A stretch of 64,000 bases of DNA from an uncultured Clostridia bacterium. GTDB taxonomy: Bacteria; Bacillota; Clostridia; TANB77; CAG-465. Shown here in pieces: positions 38,142 through 48,181 of this stretch. The notes below the pieces were generated by a model, which saw only the letters and a list, made by a program, of their open reading frames with translations, searched no databases and was not told where the DNA came from. The first letter of the stretch is position 1; each line of letters starts with the position of its first letter. The translations under genes were made by a program, and so were the position numbers. Where the stretch lies: NCBI GenBank assembly GCA_944388585.1, contig CALXJI010000004.1, forward strand, positions 58,156 through 122,155, written 5' to 3'.

Positions 38142-39680
38142 TTACTCCTCTTTTCCTTCATGTCTTTTGTCATATTCACCTAAGAATTTTTCTGTATATT
38201 CTACATCTGATGTACATGGCAAATATTCACTTCCATATTTTTGTCTTGTTTCTCTTCCCTTTCCTGTAAACAATATTATTGTTGGCTTTTCTTCTTTTTC
38301 TGCTTTTAAAATTGCATCTTCTAATGCTTCCCCTCTATCTTCTATTAGAGCATAATTATTAGTATATTCTTTAACGTATTTTGCAATCTCACTAGATATA
38401 TCAATAACAGGCTCCGCACCTGGATCTTCTGCTACTAAATATACAAAATCTGAATATTTACCTGCTATAAGTCCTAAATCTTTTCTTCTAAGTAAAGCTT
38501 TCTTTCCAGGGCACCCAAATATTGCTACTATTCTTCTTCCCTTATATTCTTCTTTTACAGAGCTAAACAACTTCTCAAAGCTTAATTTATTATGTGCATA
38601 ATCTACTAACACAATTATTTTCATATCTTTTGTATGGAAAAATTCCATTCTACCACTTGATCTTGCTACCTTTAACCCATGCTTTATAATATTTACAGGT
38701 ATATCCATTAAATACGCTGTTGCAATAGCTGCAAGTGCATTTTCTACATTAAACAGTCCAGGCATTGTTAATATAAAATCCTCATCATATGTTGGAGTAT
38801 GTACTTTAAATAATGTATTAAATCCATCTTTTCTAACATCATAAGCATAAAAATCTGTATCTTTTTTCTTCATAGAAAAAGTAAATACTCTTGCACTATC
38901 TCTTTTTGCTACTGCTAATGTGTTTTGTGCTAAATCTGCATCCATATTTACAATTGCATTTTTAGTATTTGCAAACATCTTTAACTTAGAATTATAATAA
39001 TCCTCAAAATTAGGATGCTCTATAGGGCTTATATGATCTTCACTTATATTCATAAATATCCCAACATCAAAAAATACATCTGCAACTCTTTCAAGTTTTA
39101 AAGCTTGAGATGATACTTCCATAACTAAATTTTCCATACCAGAATTATATGCATTAAATAAATGTTTTTGAATATCATAAGACTCTGGTGTAGTAATATG
39201 AGATTCAAAATTTTCTACACCATCATATGTATCTATTGATGAAATAACTGCTGTATCTTTTTTATTCATTTTTCTTGAATACTCATCAAGTATTGATTTT
39301 ATATAGTATGTAGTAGTAGATTTTCCCTTTGTTCCACCTACTCCAATTATATTAACTTTTTCACCAGGATAATTAAAATACATAGCAGACATACAAGATA
39401 ATACTTTTCTTATATCATTTACTATCACACATGGTACATCTACATTATATTTTCTTTCTGCTACATATATAAATACTCCATTATCTATAGCTTCTTTTAG
39501 ATACTCATCCTTAAAATTTATCCCTTTGCAAATAAATAAAGTATCTTCTTCAATTTCTTTTGAATTATATGATACTAAATTAACTTCTTTTTCTAAAATA
39601 TCATCACAATTTATAACTTCACTTATTAAATTTTCTTCTTTTAATAAATCTATATAATCTTTTACTTTATATTTCTCCAT
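38142..39680 (-). CDS. murE: UDP-MurNAc-tripeptide synthetase MurE
   Basis: GGTKGKST, TTPE, MEVSS, DYAHN, GKG.E; EDPG in place of DNPR. Confidence 0.88.
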   Translation of the reverse strand: MEKYKVKDYIDLLKEENLISEVINCDDILEKEVNLVSYNSKEIEEDTLFICKGINFKDEYLKEAIDNGVFIYVAERKYNVDVPCVIVNDIRKVLSCMSAMYFNYPGEKVNIIGVGGTKGKSTTTYYIKSILDEYSRKMNKKDTAVISSIDTYDGVENFESHITTPESYDIQKHLFNAYNSGMENLVMEVSSQALKLERVADVFFDVGIFMNISEDHISPIEHPNFEDYYNSKLKMFANTKNAIVNMDADLAQNTLAVAKRDSARVFTFSMKKKDTDFYAYDVRKDGFNTLFKVHTPTYDEDFILTMPGLFNVENALAAIATAYLMDIPVNIIKHGLKVARSSGRMEFFHTKDMKIIVLVDYAHNKLSFEKLFSSVKEEYKGRRIVAIFGCPGKKALLRRKDLGLIAGKYSDFVYLVAEDPGAEPVIDISSEIAKYVKEYTNNYALIEDRGEALEDAILKAEKEEKPTIILFTGKGRETRQKYGSEYLPCTSDVEYTEKFLGEYDKRHEGKEE

Positions 39681-39829
39681 AATAAAATCTCCTTTTTACA
39701 TAGAAAATTATATAATATATATACTTCAAAATCAAGATGGAATAGATATACACAAATCCACAATTTACTACATTTATTATACAAAAATTCACAAAAAAAC
39801 ACCTGAAAAAAATTCCAGGTATTTTTTCA

Positions 39830-40495
39830 TTATATTTTATCTATTATCTCATTTTGATTTTTATATATACTATTTGGTGGTATTACTCCTCTTACAGAAG
39901 AAAGTGGATAAATATTAGTATCTCTTCCAACAACACTACCTGGATTTAAAATAGAACCACATCCAACCTCTACATTATCTGCAAGCATTGCTCCTACTTT
40001 TTTAAGTCCAGTTTCAATTTTCTCTCCCATATTTTTTATTACTACTAATTTTTTATCTGATTTTACATTAGAAGTAATAGAGCCTGCACCCATATGAGAT
40101 TTATATCCAAGTATTGAATCACCAACATAATTATAATGTGGTACTTGTACTTTATTAAATAATATAACATTTTTAAGCTCTGTAGAGTTTCCAACAACTG
40201 CACCTTCTCCAATAATTGCTTTTCCTCTAATAAAAGCACAATGTCTAATCTCTGCATCTTTTCCTATTATTGCAGGACCTTTTATATATGCTGTTGGAGC
40301 AACTTTGGCACTTTTTGCAATCCATATATTATCTTCTTTTTTTTCATATTCATCTTCACTTAAAGTATTTCCAAGCTCTAGTATAAAGCTCTCTATTTTT
40401 GGTAACACTTCCCATGGATATGTTACTCCATTAAATATATCCTTTGCTATTGTTTGATTCAAATCATATAAATTTTCAATTTTACACTCTTCCAT
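39830..40495 (-). CDS. Left-handed beta-helix acetyltransferase (stand-alone GlmU C-terminal-like)
   Basis: Hexapeptide repeats, PHYNYVGDS, GAGSITSN. Confidence 0.8.
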   Translation of the reverse strand: MEECKIENLYDLNQTIAKDIFNGVTYPWEVLPKIESFILELGNTLSEDEYEKKEDNIWIAKSAKVAPTAYIKGPAIIGKDAEIRHCAFIRGKAIIGEGAVVGNSTELKNVILFNKVQVPHYNYVGDSILGYKSHMGAGSITSNVKSDKKLVVIKNMGEKIETGLKKVGAMLADNVEVGCGSILNPGSVVGRDTNIYPLSSVRGVIPPNSIYKNQNEIIDKI

Positions 40496-40508
40496 TTTAT
40501 TTTCCTCC

Positions 40509-40931
40509 TTATTTATTTGCCTCTCTTATCATATCTAGTACATAAATTTTTTCTAATGCACCTGTACTTCTATCTACTACTTTTCCATTTTTCACAACAA
40601 GTAACGTTGGAAGTGAAATAATTCCATATTTTTGTGCAAGCTCTACCTCTTCATCCACATTTACTTTTACAACTTTAACATAATCATAATCATCTGCTAC
40701 ATCTTCAAGTATTGGTGAAAATACTTTACATGGCTCACACCAATCAGCATAAAAATCTACAAGTACTATTTTATCACTTTGAAGTACTTCACTATCAAAA
40801 TTAGTGCTTGTAACTTTTGGTATGCTTACAACTTCTTGTTCATTTACTGAATTATTTATATATATATTTAAAAATACTAATCCTAGTACAAAAATAATTA
40901 TTATTATAAGAATAGATATTTTTTGTTTCAT
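40509..40931 (-). CDS. Membrane-anchored thioredoxin
   Basis: N-terminal TM, VDFYADWCEPC, SLPT. Confidence 0.85.
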   Translation of the reverse strand: MKQKISILIIIIIFVLGLVFLNIYINNSVNEQEVVSIPKVTSTNFDSEVLQSDKIVLVDFYADWCEPCKVFSPILEDVADDYDYVKVVKVNVDEEVELAQKYGIISLPTLLVVKNGKVVDRSTGALEKIYVLDMIREANK

Positions 40932-40942
40932 TTAACTCTCCT

Positions 40943-41578
40943 TTAAAAAAATATTGTATAAATACCAATTACTATTAAAATAGCTCCTGATACTTTTTTT
41001 ATAATATTATAATTTTTCTTTATAACATTAAATACTTGTTTTAACTTTTCAATTAAAGCTACAGATACAACAAAAGGAATTCCAAGACCTATTGAATATA
41101 CTAGCATAAGTAATATTCCCTTTAACATATCTTGATGTTTTGCCACAAGAAGTAGTGCAGAACTTAAAAATGTACCAATACACGGTGTCCAACTAATTGA
41201 AAAAATTGCACCAAATAAAATTGCTTTTAAAAAATTTAAGTTTTTCTTATCTGCATCTATAACTTTAGTTTTATTTAAAAACTTTATATTTATAGCTTCC
41301 ATATAGTTTAGTCCTAAAAATATTATTATTATTCCAAATATTATTTTTATATATCGTATATTCTCGCTAATAATCATACCTAAACTGCTAGCAAATATAG
41401 ATAGAATTAAAAATACTAATGTAAATCCAAGTACAAATCCTAAAGCATTTATTATTTTTTTAGAACTCTTTTTTTCTTCTTCTCCAATAAAATATGAAAT
41501 ATATATTGGAAGCATTGGAAGTAAACATGGAGATATAAAACTTGCTATTCCCTCTAAAAATGTAAATAAGTATTCCAT
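40943..41578 (-). CDS. ccdA: CcdA/DsbD transmembrane disulfide reductase
   Basis: SPCLLP and WTPCIG. Confidence 0.88.
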   Translation of the reverse strand: MEYLFTFLEGIASFISPCLLPMLPIYISYFIGEEEKKSSKKIINALGFVLGFTLVFLILSIFASSLGMIISENIRYIKIIFGIIIIFLGLNYMEAINIKFLNKTKVIDADKKNLNFLKAILFGAIFSISWTPCIGTFLSSALLLVAKHQDMLKGILLMLVYSIGLGIPFVVSVALIEKLKQVFNVIKKNYNIIKKVSGAILIVIGIYTIFF

Positions 41579-41637
41579 AAATTCTCCTTTTCTGATATTT
41601 TGATTATAAACTAAATTAATTTATAATTCAAGTAATA

Positions 41638-43290
41638 TTATTTTAATCTATCTTTTTCTATTTCTTTATATAAATTATATCCTCCCATTATATTTTTCAC
41701 TTTAAATCCATTTTGAATAAGTATTCTGCAAGCAATATAACTTCTTACTCCTGTTTTACAATATACTAAAATTTCTTTGTTCTTATCTAATTTATCTATA
41801 TTTTCTCTTAATTCATCTACTGGAATATTTATTGCCTCACTAAAATGTCCACTTTCATACTCTCCCTTTGTTCTAGCATCTAAAACATAAGGAGTATCTG
41901 TATTTTCAACATCTTCCCAAAATATATTTTTAACAAGACCGTTTATCTCATTTTCTATTACATTTCCAACAATATTTACTACACTTTTAGCAGATGAAAA
42001 AGGTGGTGCATAACATAGTTCTAAGTCTTCTAAATCATAAATGTTAATCTTACTTCTTATAACAGTAGCTAAAATATCTGACACCTTATCTACTCCCTCT
42101 TTCCCTATCACTTGTGCACCTAAAAGTTTTTTTTCTTTTTGAGAATATATAACTTTTACAATCATTTCACTTGCTCCAGGATAATATGTAGCATGGCAAA
42201 AAGGTGTTATAATAATCTTTTTATAATTTATATCTAACATCTTACATTTTTCTTCACTTACTCCTGTAGTTGCTAAAGTATAATCAAAAAGCTTTAGTAT
42301 ACTACTTCCCATAGTACCATTATATTTTGAATCTAATCCACATATATTATTTGCAACTATTCTTGCTTGTCTATTTGCAGGTCCTGCAAGTGGAATATAA
42401 TCTGGCATATTTGTTATATAATTTTTTATCTCTACTGCATCTCCCAAGGCATAAATATCTTTATCATTTGTCCTCATATGCTCATCTACTATAATACTTC
42501 CTCTTGAATTTAATGTAATTCCTGCCTCTTTAGCAATACTAGTTTCTGGTATTACACCAATAGATAAAATTATATAATCTGCTTTAATTTTTCCATCATC
42601 TAGCAAAATATTAAATATATTATTTTCCTCTTTTATCTGTCTTACTCCATTACTTAAAATTAAATTAATATTATTTTCTCTAAGTCTATTTTGAACAAAA
42701 GATGCAATATCTTTATCTATAGAAGCTATAACATGTGGTGCTTTTTCAACAATAGTTACATTTATACTACCATAATGTTTTATATTTTCTGCTACTTCAA
42801 CTCCTATATACCCACCACCAATTATTACAATATTTTTTGGGTTATTTTTTTGTATATACTCTTTTATTTTCACACTATCATTTACATTTCTTAGTGTTGC
42901 TATTTTCTCACTTTTTAGCAATTTAAATGGATTTATTGGCTCAGCTCCAGGAGATAGCACAAGAGTATCATAAGTTTCTATATATTCTTCTCCACTATCT
43001 ACTTTTCTTACTAAAACCTGTTTTTTATCTCTATCTATTTTTACTACTTCATTTTTTATTCTTACATCTATATTAAACCTATTCTTAAAAGATTTTGGCG
43101 TTTGAAGCAATAGCTCTTTCTTTTCTTTTATTACATCTCCAATATAATATGGAAGTCCACAATTTGCAAAAGAGATATGCTCACCTCTTTCAAATATTAT
43201 AATTTGAGCCTTCTCGTCAAGTCTTCTTAGCCTTGTTGCAGTTGTAGCTCCACCTGCTACTCCCCCTACTATTAATACTTTCATATACAC
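41638..43290 (-). CDS. CoA-disulfide reductase with C-terminal rhodanese domain
   Basis: GGVAGG, SFANCGLPY, GGGYIG, YAPPF, rhodanese YCKTGVRS. Confidence 0.88.
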   Translation of the reverse strand: MYMKVLIVGGVAGGATTATRLRRLDEKAQIIIFERGEHISFANCGLPYYIGDVIKEKKELLLQTPKSFKNRFNIDVRIKNEVVKIDRDKKQVLVRKVDSGEEYIETYDTLVLSPGAEPINPFKLLKSEKIATLRNVNDSVKIKEYIQKNNPKNIVIIGGGYIGVEVAENIKHYGSINVTIVEKAPHVIASIDKDIASFVQNRLRENNINLILSNGVRQIKEENNIFNILLDDGKIKADYIILSIGVIPETSIAKEAGITLNSRGSIIVDEHMRTNDKDIYALGDAVEIKNYITNMPDYIPLAGPANRQARIVANNICGLDSKYNGTMGSSILKLFDYTLATTGVSEEKCKMLDINYKKIIITPFCHATYYPGASEMIVKVIYSQKEKKLLGAQVIGKEGVDKVSDILATVIRSKINIYDLEDLELCYAPPFSSAKSVVNIVGNVIENEINGLVKNIFWEDVENTDTPYVLDARTKGEYESGHFSEAINIPVDELRENIDKLDKNKEILVYCKTGVRSYIACRILIQNGFKVKNIMGGYNLYKEIEKDRLK

Positions 43291-43352
43291 ACTCCTTTAT
43301 ATTAAAAATTTAATTTAATTTTACCATAGTAAATTTAAAAACACAACTTTAT

Positions 43353-43381
43353 GTATAAAAGATAATTTTATCTCATATACT
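43353..43381 (+). promoter_or_regulatory. Putative SigE sporulation promoter
   Basis: GTATAAA-N14-CATATACT fits the SigE consensus spacing. Confidence 0.5.
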
Positions 43382-43411
43382 CAAATGAAACTTGTACAAA
43401 GGAGTGATTTT

Positions 43412-46066
43412 ATGTGGCATACACTTTCAGCAGATGAAGTAAGAAAAAAACTTAATACGGACATATATAAAGGACTAACAGACAAGGAAGTATTAAAACT
43501 AAGGAAGAAATATGGATATAACAAACTAGATGAAAAAAAGAGGGAAAGTATATTTTTTAAGTTTATATCTCAATTTAAAGATTTTATGATTATTATCTTA
43601 CTTATTGCAGCTTTAATTTCTGCAATTGTCTCATATTTTGAGGGTACAAAAGAATATACTGATTCAGTAATAATTGTAGTTATTGTTGTAATTAATGCAT
43701 TAATTGGTGTTATACAAGAAAGTAAAGCAGAAAAATCTCTTGAAGCACTAAAAAAACTCTCTTCACCAACTTCTAAGGTGTTAAGAAATGGAAAAAATAT
43801 AACCATAGATAGTACTTTGCTTGTTCCAGGAGATATAATAGAGCTTGAGGCTGGCAATTTTGTTCCAGCAGATTGCAGACTTATATCCTCATATAATCTA
43901 AAAATAGAGGAATCAGCTCTAACAGGTGAAACTGTTCCAGTAACAAAAGATGCAAAAGTAAGACTTCCATCAAACATAGCACTTGGTGATATGATTAACA
44001 TGGCATTTTCAACAACTATTGTTACAAATGGTCATGCTCAAGCAATTGTTACAGAAACTGGAATGAATACAAAGGTAGGTAAAATTGCTAAAATGATAAT
44101 AACAGATGAAGCACCTCAAACACCACTTCAAAAGAAACTTGCAGGTATTGGAAAAAGCTTAGGTATTATATGTCTTGTTATATGTCTTGCAATATTTATT
44201 ATTGGTTTATTTAAAGGAATATCTATAAGTGAAATGTTTATGACCTCAGTTGGCCTTGCTGTTGCTGCAATACCTGAAGGGCTACCCGCAGTAGTTACAA
44301 TTATGCTTTCAATTGGAGTTACAAAAATGTCTAAAAACAATGCAATAATTAGAAAACTTCCTGCAGTAGAAACTTTAGGAAGTAGCTCTATTATATGTTC
44401 GGATAAAACAGGTACACTTACTCAAAATAAAATGAAAGTTACAAGAATTTGTAACTATAAAGAAGATATAACAAACGACATACACTCTCAAAATTTTAGC
44501 TTTATATTAGAACTTGGAAGTATGTGTAACGATTGTAAAGTAAATGGAAAGACAGTAATTGGTGAACCTACAGAATCTGCAATAGTTAATGCTGGTCTAA
44601 AATATGGAAAAAATAAAAATACTTTATATGAGCAAATGAGGCGTGTAAATGAAATACCATTTGATTCTGAAAGAAAAATGATGACAACTATTCATAAAAT
44701 AGGTAGTAAATATAGGATTATAACTAAAGGTGCACCTGACGTTATAATTTCAAAATGTAATTATATATATAATAATGGTTCTACAAATTATATGAATAGT
44801 AGTACTCAAAATAATATACTAAATACTAATGAAAAAATGGCAAATGAAGCTTTACGTGTTATTGCAATAGCATATAAAGATGTATCATCTCTTCCAAATA
44901 ATATAAACTCGGAAAATATAGAAAAAGACTTGGTATTCGTAGGACTCATAGGAATGATTGATCCACCACGTGCTGGAGTTAAAGAAGCAATATTTACGGC
45001 AAAAAAAGCAGGTATTAAAACTGTTATGATAACAGGAGATCATATTCTAACTGCCAAAGCTATAGCAAAAGATTTAGGAATATATTCAGATGGAGATATT
45101 GCAATAACTGGAAATGAGTTAGATAAACTTTCTGATAGAGAATTTCAAAAAAATATAATGAAATATTCTGTATTTGCAAGAGTATCTCCTGAACATAAAG
45201 TAAAAATAGTAAAAGCTTTTCAAAAGACAGGAAATATAGTAGCAATGACAGGAGACGGAGTAAATGATGCACCAGCACTAAAAAATGCAGATATCGGTGT
45301 ATCAATGGGTCTTAATGGCACAGATGTTGCAAAAAATGCATCAGACATGGTACTTACAGATGACAATTTTGTAACTATAGTAAAAGCTGTAAAAGAAGGA
45401 AGACATATATATGATAATATAAAAAAAGCTGTGCATTTTCTAATATCTACAAATGTTGGAGAAATTGTTACTATATTTTTAGGATTAATTTTAGGACTTG
45501 AAACTCCTCTACTTGCTATACATCTGTTATGGATAAATTTAGTTACAGATTCTTTTCCAGCAATAGGTCTTGGACTTGAACCAGAAGACAAATATATAAT
45601 GAATAGGAAACCAAAAAATCCCAAAAAAGGATTATTTGCTGATGGATTATGGTTTAAAATCTTTTTTGAAGGTTGCATGATAGGAATACTAACATTATTA
45701 GCTTTCTATATTGGCTCAACTCAATATGGCATAAATGTTGGAAGAACAATGGCATTTTTAACACTTGGACTTACAGAGCTTATACATAGCTTAAATATTA
45801 GAAGTGATGAATCACTATTTGAAATAGGATTATTTAAAAATAAATACTTAATATTTGCATTTTTACTAGGTGCCATATTACAAATAGGTGTAACAATAAT
45901 ACCTCAAGTAGCAACTATTTTTGATGTTGTACCTCTTTCAATAACACAATGGATTTTAACATTAATTATTTCTATTTGTCCACTTTTTATTATGGAATCT
46001 AAAAAGAAACTTCATGAAATAAGACACGGAAAAGTAATTTATTCATTTAACACAAAAAAAGTATAA
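43412..46066 (+). CDS. Calcium-translocating P-type ATPase
   Basis: DKTGTLT, TGET, PEGLP, TGDGVNDAP, LWINLVTD. Confidence 0.92.
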   Translation: MWHTLSADEVRKKLNTDIYKGLTDKEVLKLRKKYGYNKLDEKKRESIFFKFISQFKDFMIIILLIAALISAIVSYFEGTKEYTDSVIIVVIVVINALIGVIQESKAEKSLEALKKLSSPTSKVLRNGKNITIDSTLLVPGDIIELEAGNFVPADCRLISSYNLKIEESALTGETVPVTKDAKVRLPSNIALGDMINMAFSTTIVTNGHAQAIVTETGMNTKVGKIAKMIITDEAPQTPLQKKLAGIGKSLGIICLVICLAIFIIGLFKGISISEMFMTSVGLAVAAIPEGLPAVVTIMLSIGVTKMSKNNAIIRKLPAVETLGSSSIICSDKTGTLTQNKMKVTRICNYKEDITNDIHSQNFSFILELGSMCNDCKVNGKTVIGEPTESAIVNAGLKYGKNKNTLYEQMRRVNEIPFDSERKMMTTIHKIGSKYRIITKGAPDVIISKCNYIYNNGSTNYMNSSTQNNILNTNEKMANEALRVIAIAYKDVSSLPNNINSENIEKDLVFVGLIGMIDPPRAGVKEAIFTAKKAGIKTVMITGDHILTAKAIAKDLGIYSDGDIAITGNELDKLSDREFQKNIMKYSVFARVSPEHKVKIVKAFQKTGNIVAMTGDGVNDAPALKNADIGVSMGLNGTDVAKNASDMVLTDDNFVTIVKAVKEGRHIYDNIKKAVHFLISTNVGEIVTIFLGLILGLETPLLAIHLLWINLVTDSFPAIGLGLEPEDKYIMNRKPKNPKKGLFADGLWFKIFFEGCMIGILTLLAFYIGSTQYGINVGRTMAFLTLGLTELIHSLNIRSDESLFEIGLFKNKYLIFAFLLGAILQIGVTIIPQVATIFDVVPLSITQWILTLIISICPLFIMESKKKLHEIRHGKVIYSFNTKKV

Positions 46067-46074
46067 AAAAACTA

Positions 46075-46114
46075 AAAAGGTGATTAAATTGATTAGTCAA
46101 TAAAATCACCTTTT
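46075..46114. terminator. Bidirectional terminator
   Basis: AAAAGGTGATT / AATCACCTTTT. Confidence 0.65.
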
Positions 46115-46127
46115 TTAATTTAATAAA

Positions 46128-47969
46128 TTATTCTTTAATTTGTTTTTTATTTAAAACATAAGCAACACTCATAATAGAAATACCAGCTACTAAAAATATA
46201 ACAAGTCCAATACTACCAGTTTCAGGTAATTCAAAACCTTTACCATTTTCTATTTGTACAGCACTCTGATGAGTAGTCTTCCCTACCTTTACTTCAACTG
46301 GTGCTTTTAATAAGTTATAATATTTAGTTACTCCATCTTCTACATAACTTGGTGCTTGTGTTTCTACTAGCCAATATAATGTATCACTTCCATCATCTGC
46401 ATATTTTAATCCCTCTATTGTAGCTTGTCCATTTTCTCCTGTTGTTACTTCTATATCTGCACCTGTTTCGTCTTGTACAAATATTCCATCTTCTGCATTT
46501 TCTTTTGTAGTAGCTATTTTAAACTTAGCTCCTGAAAGTTTTGTTGATGCATTTCCTTTTTCTACTTTTTCAAGTAATACAGCACCAGTATGTACTTCTG
46601 CTGTGTCTGATACTGTTGTTGTGCTTTCTTCATCTCCATTTTCATTTATTTTATTTGTATATTCCAATGTTGCTGTATTTATATTTCCATCTCCACCTAT
46701 TACTATATTATCTTTATCTATTGTTGCTTCATATGTTATTATTATTTTAACAAGACCATAATAATTACTATATTTATATAAATTATCTGTATTAAAATTT
46801 AATTCTAGCTCTTCTTGAGATAATGTATACAAATCCTCCGGTAACGTCACTATGCTATCATTTTCTAATAATTTTCCTTCAATTTTTATACTTTCTCTAT
46901 TTAACATTATTCCATTAGGTAATTCATCTGTTATTTTATATGTTGGCATAGCTATAAAAGCCATTTGAATTGGCACATCTGCTGTTATTTTAAATGTCAA
47001 TCTATCTGTTACGTTTGTACCTATACTATCTACAAATTCTCCATTGCTATTTTGAACTTTCTTTTCTATTTCTGGCTTTTCATTTATATATGTAACTTTA
47101 GTTAAATTTTCTTCTTCTACATAATCAATAAAATAATCGTCTGAATGCTCTACATAAATACTACCATCTCCATTTACAGTAAAATATAATTGAGATAAAA
47201 TAGCGTTATTAATTATATATCCGTCGGGTGCTGATACTTCTATTAATCTATAAATTACATAATCTGTATGTGGGAGAGAAGCAACTTTATAATAACTAGG
47301 TAAATTATTCAAATAAATCTTTCCATTTTCGTCAGTAGTTAAAGTTAAAACTTCATCACTGCCTTCAGGAATATAATCTGCCCATATATTAGGCTCTATG
47401 TCTTCAAGACTATACTCTAAAATTCTTTTCATAACTTGAACCTTAAAAGTAACTCCTTCTATAGGATTGCCTTCTGAGTCTATCTTAGTTAATTCTAAAT
47501 TACCAAAAGCAGTTTGAAATTTTGGTTCTACAATTATATCATAATCCCATCCTGTACCCTCTGCATTTGTCATTGGTATATCAATTAGAAAATCTGAATA
47601 ATGCTCATCATATATAGCACCATCAGATACAGAAGTAACGTCTACAAAATATCTACCTAATTCTAAATTATCAAAAATCACTGTTCCATCTTCTCCTGTA
47701 ATTTTAGATATTCCTTCAACTTGATTATCTTCTATATAACTTTCTGCACTATTATTAGATTCACATGTTTCATCCACCTTATATACAGTATATTCAATAC
47801 CTTCCATTGGTGGATTTGTTGCTGTATCTCCATTTTGTTGTTCATGAGCTATTATTGTAATTGATCCTGTTGTTGGATCTGCTGCATCTACTTGTATAGC
47901 TAATACTGATACTAATATTAATGTTATTATTCCCATTAATATGCCATACCTCTTTAACTTTAAATTCAT
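46128..47969 (-). CDS. Sortase-dependent pilin backbone (SpaH/EbpB-like, D2 domain, LPXTG)
   Basis: Signal peptide, VEPK pilin-motif-like, E-box-like YWLVETQAP, LPETG plus TM plus basic tail. Confidence 0.8.
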   Translation of the reverse strand: MNLKLKRYGILMGIITLILVSVLAIQVDAADPTTGSITIIAHEQQNGDTATNPPMEGIEYTVYKVDETCESNNSAESYIEDNQVEGISKITGEDGTVIFDNLELGRYFVDVTSVSDGAIYDEHYSDFLIDIPMTNAEGTGWDYDIIVEPKFQTAFGNLELTKIDSEGNPIEGVTFKVQVMKRILEYSLEDIEPNIWADYIPEGSDEVLTLTTDENGKIYLNNLPSYYKVASLPHTDYVIYRLIEVSAPDGYIINNAILSQLYFTVNGDGSIYVEHSDDYFIDYVEEENLTKVTYINEKPEIEKKVQNSNGEFVDSIGTNVTDRLTFKITADVPIQMAFIAMPTYKITDELPNGIMLNRESIKIEGKLLENDSIVTLPEDLYTLSQEELELNFNTDNLYKYSNYYGLVKIIITYEATIDKDNIVIGGDGNINTATLEYTNKINENGDEESTTTVSDTAEVHTGAVLLEKVEKGNASTKLSGAKFKIATTKENAEDGIFVQDETGADIEVTTGENGQATIEGLKYADDGSDTLYWLVETQAPSYVEDGVTKYYNLLKAPVEVKVGKTTHQSAVQIENGKGFELPETGSIGLVIFLVAGISIMSVAYVLNKKQIKE

Positions 47970-48142
47970 ATATTATCCTCCTTCATTATATACCTCATTT
48001 ATATTTTATAATATATATTTACTTTATTTTATATTTTTGTTTCATTTTATATCACTTTGACCTTTATATATCATTAGTGTTACTTAATTATTACATTATT
48101 TTTTAAAAGTAATATTATTATTACATCTTGGATATAAAATAA

Positions 48143-48180
48143 AAAAATTGCCTTATATAAATATATAAAGCAATTTTTTT
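48143..48180 (-). terminator. Terminator of the DUF362-flavodoxin-hydrolase unit
   Basis: AAAAAATTGC...GCAATTTTTT inverted repeat. Confidence 0.7.
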
Positions 48181-48181
48181 A

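Noticed and set aside
46124-46137. TAAAG-AATA-ATTTA at the pilin stop, resembling the array motif
   Set aside because: Single copy with a different core, no downstream RBS/gene, and plausible by chance in AT-rich DNA.
47970-48140. c-di-GMP riboswitch upstream of the pilin
   Set aside because: No class I or II conserved elements are recognisable.
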